The notes under the pieces are model-generated. The model did not search any database. It saw only the letters and a program-made list of their open reading frames with translations, and was not told the origin of the DNA. DNA of 64,000 nt from Lingula anatina (Eukaryota > Animalia > Brachiopoda), in NCBI GenBank assembly GCA_051362555.1, contig CM120640.1, forward strand, positions 3,844,001-3,908,000. Direction: 5' to 3'. This document shows positions 39,601 to 48,867 of this stretch, in pieces. Position numbers and translations under genes: made by a program. Positions within the stretch are counted from its first letter, which is position 1, and every line of letters starts with the position of its first letter.

Positions 39601-41690
39601 TTTTTGTTTTTTTTTTAAATTATTTCCTGTCATGCAGTGCCCCTTATTGCACTTGGAGCGGCCTGCTTCTTTGGGGATGAGTGTGTATCCAGTGGAATAT
39701 GTACGAATGGAGTATGTACATGTCCAGATGGATTCAAGAATGGAGGAGGCGTTTGTGGTACATACTTAATTTTTTTACAATGAAATATTTTGATATTTTC
39801 TGAATTATTTTCTAAAAGACAGTTTACTTAGGGATATATTTATTTTTATTGCCATCCTACAGCATCATACAAGATTTCGACATCATGTAAATTGTATTAA
39901 TTGAATGACATGTAAAAAGGTCCGCTTTTCATAAAAAGACCCCCCCCCCCTTTGAAATTGCTAGCTGAGTACCATAGGTTTTGTTGTTTGAAGTGACAAC
40001 TATGCATAAATGCCTTCATTTTCCTCCTGTATCTAGAATATGAATGATAATGAGGCATTTTTCTCTTGTTACAGTGGTTGCAGAAGCAGCTCTGGCCTCT
40101 CAGAAATCATTCTGGGATGAATGGTGGTGTAAGTTGACTATTATGTTTATAATATTTAGATGCTGTTTAGTATTTGATAAGTAAGCATTTTTTAAATTAA
40201 AGAGATTGTTACTTTCTGATTTTTAGTAAGAAAGAGAGAAAATGCATCAATTAAACAGTTGAGACCAGGAATTTTATAAATTTTCTGTATCTCTGTAAAT
40301 GGTGTGTTGTAGGAGACATGAGTATAACTGTTGCAGTCTATAAGAAAATATTATGAAATAAATTTTAATAATTATTTTGTAAACAACCAGTCATGATCTT
40401 CACCACTGTCAAGCACTTGGTTGTTTTTCAGGGCTTCTCCTCCTTGGCCTCTTGGCTCTGTTGTTATTACTCTGCTTGTTATGCCTGCTGTGTGCATGGT
40501 GTTGTAGAAAGTAAGTACAACTTGACATAACCAGCAATCACACTAACACATTGAAAACTGGGACTATAATTGTAAAAATGTTTGCATTATGTTGAAATAC
40601 GAGTGCAACTATGGGCTCACTGTTACATCCTTGAAAGTTATTGAAATGTAAAGAGCTGAGCTGTATTTTCAAACTTCAGATATATTTTAAAATTATTTTG
40701 TTCATAATGAATAGCATTTCAATTGCCAATTTCAGGAGAAGACGGCGACAGAGAGAGAAAAAAGCAGCAATGGAGTACATAAAACACAACTCTCTGGCAA
40801 GAGAAAGTGCTTACAGTTTGAACGGTGGCTATGGGGACAGCCGTCGTATCTCAGAAGAAATCCACCTAAAGGACATGCCCCGCGTGTTAGACTTGAATGG
40901 ACAAGAGGTCCACAGCATACACAGTAGCCTGATAGATGCCAGCTCAGACAGTGGCTATCATAATGGAGTGAGAGAAAGCCGGAGGATGTCTGAGGTCAGC
41001 CAGCTCAGTGCTGGAGGAGGCGGCAGTACTGGGTTTACTAATGGCGGCTTCACTGCCATCAGTGGCTATCCCCATGGGCGTAGAATGTCTGATGCGGGAC
41101 ATTTAGAGGGCAGGCGCTACTCCCACCTTCAAGTGCCCACTCATCTGTATGGAGCAAGAAGCCATGAGGATCTCCTGGGGCATATCGAAACCTCCTCAAT
41201 GTCTGGGCAGGCACAGAGGGCTTCAGGTGCGCGTCGTCAATCTGCTCTCAACGCTGCCCGCAGGATGTCCACCTTGGAGATGAAGCGTAAACATGAGCTG
41301 ATGGGAGACGAGAATGCCAGAAGTGGAAGTATGAGCCTCGACAGACGCATTTCATTGGTCAGCACTAACTCTGCAGCGCCCTTGTTGTCAGCCATCAACC
41401 ACACAGCCAGAGCGTTTGGTGAGATTACTGTGATGCCAATTGGGGACCAGCATGCCCATTCCCCCCATGCCGAGGTGGTCCTGGAGGAAAGCGTAGCATA
41501 CAATTCTTCCAGTCAGGGCTTGATGCTGGATGCTGCAGAGAGCCAGTACAGTGCTGAGAGCTACGAAGCCCAGCAGCAGGGTTACGACAACCACCACGCC
41601 TATCTGGTCGGCCAGGGCGACCCGTACGGAAGTCAGCACTTCTCTGGTGCAGACAGTTATGGAATGTATGGAAGTTATAAACAATCTTAA
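670..41690 (+). CDS. Giant type-I transmembrane protein with ~93 tandem 6-Cys EB-like (EGF-like) modules; multi-exon, 5'-partial
   Basis: About 93 AG/GT-bounded phase-1 exons, typically 117-156 nt (one fused exon is 219 nt), lie between 670 and 39757. Examples: 670-792 GPSIPLGDRCAPDEECADVAATCQAGACRCNKDHYEKSGRC; 1037-1159; 9965-10102; 39638-39757. Each reads roughly x9-C-x5-C-x5/6-C-x4-C-x-C-x10-C and I found no stops in them. They splice in frame to 40075-40128, 40432-40510 (TM) and 40736-41690 (tail, TAA). No signal peptide or start codon lies in the window. Confidence 0.9.
1720..2056. mobile_element. Kolobok/T2-family-like MITE with TTAA target-site duplication
   Basis: A perfect 25-bp inverted repeat acttaaagggataataactcttcgt (1714-1738) pairs with 2038-2062. 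The termini read TTAA|AGGG...CCCT|TTAA and there is no ORF. Confidence 0.85.
6463..6847. mobile_element. Foldback MITE with ~60-bp imperfect TIRs, containing a nested smaller inverted-repeat element (6661-6768)
   Basis: The outer arm ttcacaaaataactttagcccaaaaattg...agaccaaaatttttgtcta matches the reverse complement of 6785-6847. The inner arms are gtttcacaaaa...aagtcagttcc and ggaaactgacttgagtttttttgtgaaac. Confidence 0.7.
11493..11820 (+). repeat. 106-bp tandem triplication spanning a 3' splice site and the 5' part of an EB exon
   Basis: tgtttcag|ttcctcagc...tgtaactctcaaac is repeated with exon starts at 11529, 11635 and 11741. Only the third copy runs to the donor at 11876. Confidence 0.95.
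21197..21269. repeat. (GT)n microsatellite followed by a (TTTA)n-like tract
   Basis: An imperfect tgtgtg run with gc interruptions, then a TTTA-rich stretch to about 21365. Confidence 0.95.
23461..23615 (+). repeat. 55-bp tandem triplication spanning an exon 3' end and 5' splice site
   Basis: cag(c/t)attggctactactatga...tgtg|gtgagtt occurs at 23461, 23516 and 23571. Confidence 0.95.
26973..27047. repeat. 75-bp hairpin / mini-MITE remnant
   Basis: A perfect 16-bp inverted repeat ttataaaagcataggc (26973-26988) pairs with gcctatgcttttataa (27032-27047), with inner ctaggat...atcctag arms. Confidence 0.75.
27886..28088 (+). repeat. 77-bp tandem triplication spanning an exon 3' end and 5' splice site
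   Basis: tgtgtgtgtaggaatggata(t/c)tatgctgatggcactcagtgtg|gtaagt is repeated with donors at 27929, 28006 and 28083. Confidence 0.95.
40075..40510 (+). CDS. Juxtamembrane and transmembrane exons of the giant EB-module protein (40075-40128, 40432-40510)
   Basis: The spliced translation VVAEAALASQKSFWDEWW|WLLLLGLLALLLLLCLLCLLCAWCCRK gives a hydrophobic helix followed by a basic stop-transfer sequence. Splice phases (1,1,2) are consistent with the flanking exons. Confidence 0.88.
40736..41690 (+). CDS. Terminal exon: ~318-aa low-complexity cytoplasmic tail of the giant EB-module protein
   Basis: The acceptor tttcag|g at 40735/40736 joins in phase 2 to give KRRRRQREKKAAMEY...SYGMYGSYKQS*. This matches ORF 40641..41690. 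Candidate AATAAA signals are at 42600 and 42708. Confidence 0.88.
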
Positions 41691-43158
41691 GTCAGTTAGT
41701 TGGCAGATGTACATTTTTTATATATTAAGAACTCTAAAAATCTCATCTCATAAGCTGCTTTTTGTTATGTACTCTTATTATGGATACATATTTAGTTAAT
41801 ATTATTTTATTCCCTTTGAGTAGTTAAAATTTCTGTGTATTTAGAACAAATTTTGATGCATAATTGTCATGCTGTTTTTTGTCTTCATGGTAGCATATAA
41901 AAATGGACTGATGTTTAGAATTTCACCATCACAGCACTATTTTTTGAATTGATTAAAAAAAATTAATCCCAATTACGAAATTAGTTATAGATGTAGCATT
42001 GGTTGAAGTTTGGGTGAAAATTAGGTTACTGATCTTCTCCATTTCATAATATTCTCCCTTCACATTTGTTTTTTATTTATTCATATCCAGAAAAAAAGCA
42101 ATCACACTAATGTATCTTTAGCTAGATTGGTAAAAATGGAAAAATCAAAAAATCAATATTAGTAATAGTCTATGGCATAGCCCTATTTGTAGAAAATTGA
42201 CCATCATTCTTAGTAAATTGCAGCAATATGCAATAATTGTCTTATTATAAGCCTTCAACCAAGTGATTTTTATCACTGCCAAAAATATGCTTTACAATAG
42301 CATCAAGATTGGGACTCGGTTTGCTATGTATATGATGGAATATTATAATTGTAAGCCTAAATTTTATAGCAGAAGTAATAAGGAATCATTACCATGATAT
42401 TTATCATTTGATCAGTTTTTGTATTTACATTTTTGTGAAAGAAACTAATCACTTTAGTGAAAATTAAAATTATTTATATATTACTATATGAAAATTAATT
42501 ATGTGATTCTTGTAAGAATCTCTTAAAATTTTTTATCAGATTCGTTTGCAGTTTCTGTGATAGAAGTTTCTTATGTTTGATAACTTCTAGCTTGATGGTA
42601 ATAAATGTAGCATGTAGACCCTTTGCTTTTGTTGGTCGTTGGATCAATTTTCTTGCCTAATATTTCTACAGCCATGAAGCGTGACTCGCAGTTTGACGAA
42701 TTCCATGAATAAAATAGACATCATTTTTGTAAACGAGATGGATTTTATCACTGAGAGAGTAATCATTTTTTAATGTAACTCTGACTGAAAGTAAAAATGA
42801 TCAATCACAAAAAAAAAATAATTGCGAGCTCAGCTTTCATTTGCCTCCCAGATGACAGCTGACTGAGACGCGTGCGTCCTATAGATAACGCAGACCACAG
42901 CCTGTATATGCGGATTTTTTTGCTCCGTGCACTTTAAACGCAGGGAAATTGGGATATTGTAATTCAAATTAGTTTGACGCAAAACATACTTTGCTACTCA
43001 CCGGCATCATTTACTTAGCTTTAACCACATAAACCATCCGCTAATTAGGTGTAAGGAAGACATTTAGGCGCTGAAGTGTGAAGCTGGAATGTAACGAGCC
43101 TTCTGTTTGGGATTTTTTTTTTACTCTTGGAGTGACGATTTTTCCCTCTTACCACAAG

Positions 43159-43726
43159 ATGAAGAAACCAAAGGAAATATTGGTTTATTGCGTGATGTTT
43201 TCTTTGTTGGTCCAATATGGTACGTAGATCTTGATTGATGACTTTTCTTTAAAGGCTTAAAGTAGTAGAATAAACCGAAATGCACATCTTTTTGGAATGC
43301 GTATCACCCTTGTTGCAGAATTCTACCCAAGGTGTCCTTTGCATATGATATACCGATCTACTGCATAAGTCCCAAGTGCATTTTCAAATTGGTCTCTGTG
43401 GACCTGTATATTGATTTAGATAAGTAAGAACGCATTAAACCCAGTAAGCGTTGCCGTGTTGTAACATATAACCTTAGAAACAGGATTCATGAAGTTGTCT
43501 TCAGGTAGATATTTTTCTTTTCGTTTAAAAGCGCTTTCGAAGATCTTTTTTTAGGAAATCATTGATTGCATTGTATGCATTGCTAAAATTTAAGCGGATT
43601 CCGTAACGTGCTACAGTTGCCACGACTGCGATGATGGATATCAAAGTCAGCCGACAGTGGAGTGTCTTGCTGGGTGCTTTAAGGAAACGAATACACCAGT
43701 TGGAGGTATCTCCCCTCCCTCCTCTT

Positions 43727-43777
<51 letters not shown>

Positions 43778-44344
43778 GTAGTAAAAATACGTGTAACCGG
43801 TAATTTGGCTAAACTAATGAAATACTTAAAACACGTTCATAATATCTTTATGGGCTGCAGAGATGACGATCGTTACAAAGCCCACTCGAAAGTCATTGGG
43901 TTCGATTTTTTCTTTTTTTTAATTTTTGACATGCCCTGAGAAGTGCCCTCAATACAAGTGTCGCGCCACGAGGTTCAGTATCTATTTTCGGATCACTTCT
44001 ATATCAGAAACTACTCAGCTTTTTCTTGAGCGGCGACATAGTGCATTTGTTGTGTAGGCCTAGAGAAAGTGAAGTTAAGGGTGATCATTTGGGCTATTCC
44101 TCGGAATTTCTTTGTCTTGATTCAAGCTAATTTAATAATTATTACCATTCAAGAGAGGACGTCCATTCACAGACGGTGCGCAGCCAGGCCTGGGAACAAA
44201 TGTGACCATGCAAGCGGCACTACTGGGGAATATTACCAATGTGTCTGCACTTCAGACTACTGCAACGCTGGGAACACTGCCAAGGCACACCTGGCGCTGA
44301 TATGTGTTACGATGACTTTTGTTTATTGGTACATGCTTCTGTGA
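43159..44344 (+). CDS. GPI-anchored Ly6/uPAR three-finger protein (quiver/sleepless-like), ~120 aa, 3 coding exons
   Basis: Exon 43159-43219 encodes the signal peptide MKKPKEILVYCVMFSLLVQY. Exon 43595-43705 encodes ADSVTCYSCHDC...ECLAGCFK. Exon 44154-44344 encodes RRC...KC...QCVCTSDYCN plus the hydrophobic tail HLALICVTMTFVYWYMLL. The domain has ten cysteines with CxxC at the start and CN at the end, and both introns are phase 1. Confidence 0.9.
43731..43775. repeat. (CT)n microsatellite
   Basis: An uninterrupted ct run just downstream of the Ly6 exon-2 donor. Confidence 0.95.
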
Positions 44345-44489
44345 CGAGGTTTTTTATATGCAAGTTATAATCTATAACAGCTATGGTAATTTAATTTTAA
44401 TGAAACATTAAGCGTATATAATTTTCGAACCATTCATCTGGTCCATTGGATACACGGTTGACTTGTTTAACTCTCTGTGATCGCCCTTC

Positions 44490-44490
<1 letters not shown>

Positions 44491-44530
<40 letters not shown>
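44491..44530. repeat. 40-nt poly(T) tract
   Basis: Directly visible homopolymer downstream of the Ly6 stop codon. Confidence 0.95.
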
Positions 44531-44532
<2 letters not shown>

Positions 44533-45374
44533 AACTAGTTGTGCACTGATTAATATATCACAATTTGTTAACGCACTCGATCATATTTCCCAGGCCTCGA
44601 AATTTCATAATAAGCTCTGATAGGAAATTAATTTACCAACAGACGCATTTTTACACTAGCTTATTGGCACAAGGTGGCCAATTGTACAGATATAATAAAT
44701 TTTGAATATTTGCTGCTGTTGTTGTTGCTGTTGTTGTTTTAAACTTGTATTTGACAGAAACGTAGACCCTTTTTCGTTCAAACTAATCGCTGACATAAAA
44801 ATACTATGGGTAGTTTTATTCACTCGATTAACAACTGCCAAAAGCACCTTGTAAGTGCGACCCATTTTCCAGTCGGTTGTTCAGTAACCCAGCTTATGGG
44901 AACACACCATTGATCTTGTTAGAATTAGAGAGAGAGAAATTACCATCAAAATACTAAAAACGAGATGGGAAGGTTTTGCAACTGCGTGTCTTTTCTGACG
45001 TTTGTGGATGGTCACGAGACCGGCATTGGCACGCGCACCTGACACCCTGATTGATTTATCAGCCGATTAGTGAAAACCACCTACATATAAATGAATTTAG
45101 AAAAACAGACTGGTTTACTATAGGCCTGATGAAAATTGTGTTTGACCCTTTGTGATTTAAAACGAATTTCATAAAAATGAAGATATTATACACTGTATGT
45201 ACTGTATTCCGTAATTGATGCAGACTACGTTTAGAGATGCGCGCCTAATCATACTCATATAGGGGGCCTACTACTGTTATGTGTATGAAGTAGGCCCTAT
45301 AGATCTACACACAGGCCTACCTGTGGAGGTTTCATTAAATTCCGATTTTGAGGGCTAATTTTTTTATTATATTT

Positions 45375-45440
45375 ATTTATTTATTTATTTATTTATTTAT
45401 TTTATTTTTATTTATTTATTTGTTTACTTATTTATTTATT
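45375..45440. repeat. (TTTA)n simple repeat
   Basis: A tttatttatttattt run upstream of SPATA24. Confidence 0.85.
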
Positions 45441-45633
45441 TTGTTTTTTGCCTTCGATATACCAGCGAGGTATTCGAAAGTCATTTTATGTGTTTTTTTA
45501 TAGGTTTAATAACCGATCAAGGTGAAAACCGAATTACACATATTTGAGAACGTAATAACGTGGTTCGAGATCGAGACTTCAACGAGGAAAGTCTTATGGT
45601 GAAATATGACCTTGAACTAGATTTATGAACAAT

Positions 45634-47453
45634 ATGGCGGGTCGCGATGTTGGGTTTTCAAGTGGTTTAGATGTGCCGTCACATGTATTGGTTTCTAAAC
45701 AGTTGCAGGACGTGTTTTTGGCGCAGCAGGAGGCAGTTAAACGCCTCCATGAAGTGGTAATATTCAATCGGTTTCGCATACGTAACTAATAATACAAAAC
45801 CTATTTATATTGCAGCATTTAATTTTTTTAGAGTTCACTTGTAATGTAAGTAAAGTTGTAACTTTTAGTCAACTTGTACTGAGCTATTTACCAGGTTGTA
45901 TTGTCAGTGTTGAATAGGTAAAAATCTCTTACTACCTGAATATTAAATTGGAGCTCAAAATACTTAGTTCCGAACTCGATAGGTCAAACTTAGTTCATAT
46001 TCACTTACAGTAACAGTAAGCTTATTAGTTTTTGATCACTCAGTTTGATAAGAGTTGTTTAATAGATCATTTAATAGCAGTGTGAGCAAAAACACCGAAA
46101 TTTCTGAACAATGTCATTCATCACTGTCATCTAAGTTGGATCTATTTATTTGCCAATAGAGCAGTAGCAAAGAAGACAGTGTGCCTTTGGACAAATACAA
46201 TGCACTAGTTAAAGAACTTGAGGTGAGTAAATTTAAAAGTGGTTACATAGTGCATGCACATGTAGAATATGTGTATTGTTTGTTTGCAGTTCATATATAT
46301 TTTCATTTCTGTGTATTGCAGGGTTTTAAAAACTTTGTGATACATGTAATCTTAAAATTTTCATGCTTATTTTGATTTTTTCTGGCAAATTAATATATAA
46401 CATTTCCAAGAAATTGTGTAGTGACAGTAAAGGCTTGTTAATTGTAGCAAAGAGAAATTTAGTAAAATTTTCTTTTTTGATCTCTTTATGTTGAATGCAT
46501 CCATATTCATCTTGCTTAGTGTACATACGAACATGTTTTAAATGCTGCCAAAACAGTTATTTTAATTGCTCTTTTTTGTTCAAGGTTGAAAAATATGAGC
46601 ACTCAAAGACAAAGAGCAAACTAAATGAGATATCAGACAAACTTGAATTTGCTCTTGGCGAGATAGAAGTATTAACAAAGCAAATAGAGAGAGAGAAGGC
46701 ACAGTTTCAAAAAACGTAAGGTCAAATGTATTTGCTTTTGACATATAGATGAACAACCACGTCTTTGTTGCAATCCAGTGTTTATTATTATTTTTTATTA
46801 TTATTTTGCAAAGCTTGAAATTTCTCATTTTTAATAGTGTATTTTTTTAAATAATGTTCACCAGGTATTTAAAACCCATCTGTTGCAGGTTTGGACTTCT
46901 AAAGAATCAAGCAATGAAAGAGACTAGTAAAAAGATGGAACTAGAGACAAAATTTTCAGGTAATTTCATAAACAGGCCGTTTATTAAAGATGAGGTTATA
47001 GTCATTAGTTCTGTTTTGCAGACTTGTTTCTTGTTGAGTGAAGTGTTTTCTTCTTTAACAAATAGCAAGAGTTCAAATTACCTCCTTAATATTCATTTTT
47101 TACTTGTAATCAATTCATTTATATTTATTTAGTATAAATATATATTTTGCAGCACTGTAGTTCAGCCAAGTGCCCACTTTTTACTCCAAATAGTTAAAAT
47201 GAGTGATATAGTGTTGACTTCCTTTTCTTTTTTAGAGATGGAAAAGCAAAAGGAGAAGCAAGACGATGATTTGCAAACAAAAAAACAAGAAGTCCAGCAA
47301 TTAGCCCAAAAATTGAAAGATGAACAAATCAAACATCAAAAACAGTTGGTAGAGCTAACCTTGCAACAGCAGCAAGAGCAGTACATTGCTAATTTGATAA
47401 AAGAGGATGATCTAAAGAAAAGAAAACGACAAGTTATGCTCAAGAATACTTGA
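45634..47453 (+). CDS. SPATA24: Spermatogenesis-associated protein 24 homologue (coiled-coil), ~201 aa, 5 exons
   Basis: Exons 45634-45756, 46160-46222, 46585-46715, 46889-46959 and 47236-47453 total 606 nt in frame. The motifs QLQDVFLAQQE, KLEFALGEIEVLTKQIEREK and QQQEQYIA match recalled vertebrate SPATA24 (QLRDVIESQE, KLQFALGEVEVLSKQLEKEK, KQQESYMA). AATAAA is at 47575. Confidence 0.9.
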
Positions 47454-48867
47454 GACTTTCATTCAGATGTACGTAATATTATATATTGCAACAAATTTAT
47501 ACAAATGATTTTAGAGTCAAACTAAATAAGCTGTTTTGCTTTATTTATTAAACATGTTTTTATTAATATATTTTAATAAAGATTGAAAAATATCTCGAGT
47601 TATTTAAGTCATCAAAACATAAAATCCACACAATGCTACAAAAATATGCTCCAAAAAGAATTGTTCATCTGTTATGATAAGATCACTCCTGCTAGACCTA
47701 AGAAGTAATTGTCTAAAGCTATCAGAAATGAAACAAAAAATGGTTTTGTTTGATTAAATTGCATTAAGTATTCCAAGATAAATTTTAGTTTTTGCGCGTT
47801 AATCTAAGTCAACATGAAAAACTGCATTTAAAGGAAATGGAGACTCTTGTCTCTTAAATACCTTCCTCAAGTGTGAGATATTTACTCCAATCACCACAGA
47901 AAAAGCCTTTAAAGTGGTTAATTGTGTGATAAATAATTTCGAATTACACTGCTGCAAGTACACATGTATACCTTTGTAATGTATCATTTGAGCAAAATGT
48001 CTAAAAATTAAAAGACCGTAAGCTTTCATAATGACTTTGATATAAAAAAAAGTTATAAAAGAAAAAATTCATCCAATGTAAAATTAAGTGTAACTGTAAA
48101 ACCTATTATACATTAACTGTAACTGAGTCAGTTACGCACAAAAAACTGATCGATATAAAACAATATAATTCCATTTTGTCATGTAAACAAAAAAAATCCA
48201 TTGCCATAGCTTGTGGACAACCATAACAAAAGTCAAACCTTAAACATTGTGAAAAGTGAAGGGGACAAAGATATTTCACAACAATTGACAGCTTGTGTTC
48301 ACAACCACTGTTTTTGGCAAATATTATTATAATAGCGTGACCAACAATATATGATATACATGGTATTTTTAACACTCATTTGACATTAGGATATTAAAGT
48401 ATGTCCTTAAATGTTTAAACTAGAGATCCATAGATTGTAAAATTAATATATAAGTAAACACATCTACAAGTCAAATGTGATAAATGCAAAATGTGTGAAA
48501 AAAGGGACGGCGTCATTAGACACAATGTGAATTATATGAAAATATACATTTATATAGTGTAAAAATATAACGTCTAATGCATGTATCTAAAATATTGTTC
48601 TGTGTTATGCAAGAAAATCTGCATAACTGGAATTTCATGTCTAATGCTTCATTTGTTCAATTGAAATCACAATAATTCAACTTTTTTGAAATTCAGCACT
48701 TACTGTCTTACATGCTTACCATAGTCCAAATCATCAGAGCGAACAACAAATATTGCTGCCGATATTAATTTTGTCTGCTGTTTTACTGACATCATTCCTG
48801 GCTGAATTTTCTTATCTAGTGCTACATTTTAAATTGTATTTTACAATAAAACCTAATCCACACCATA

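Noticed and set aside
40940-40965. beta-TrCP degron in the tail (DSGYHN)
   Set aside because: The second Ser/Thr of DSGxxS is missing.
41670-41690. C-terminal PDZ-binding motif linking the giant receptor directly to PDZD7
   Set aside because: The tail ends in ...YKQS, without the hydrophobic terminal residue of canonical class I/II motifs. Direct binding is unsupported.
41237-41714. Antisense ORFs 41237..41503 and 41388..41714
   Set aside because: They are shadows of the GC-richer sense exon and have no recognisable features.
44491-44530. Poly(T) as the tail of a retroposed element
   Set aside because: I could not see a target-site duplication or a recognisable SINE/LINE body.
44656-44865. 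Poly-Q ORF on the minus strand
   Set aside because: It derives from a short (TTG/CTG)n simple repeat in intergenic DNA, with no splice or homology support.
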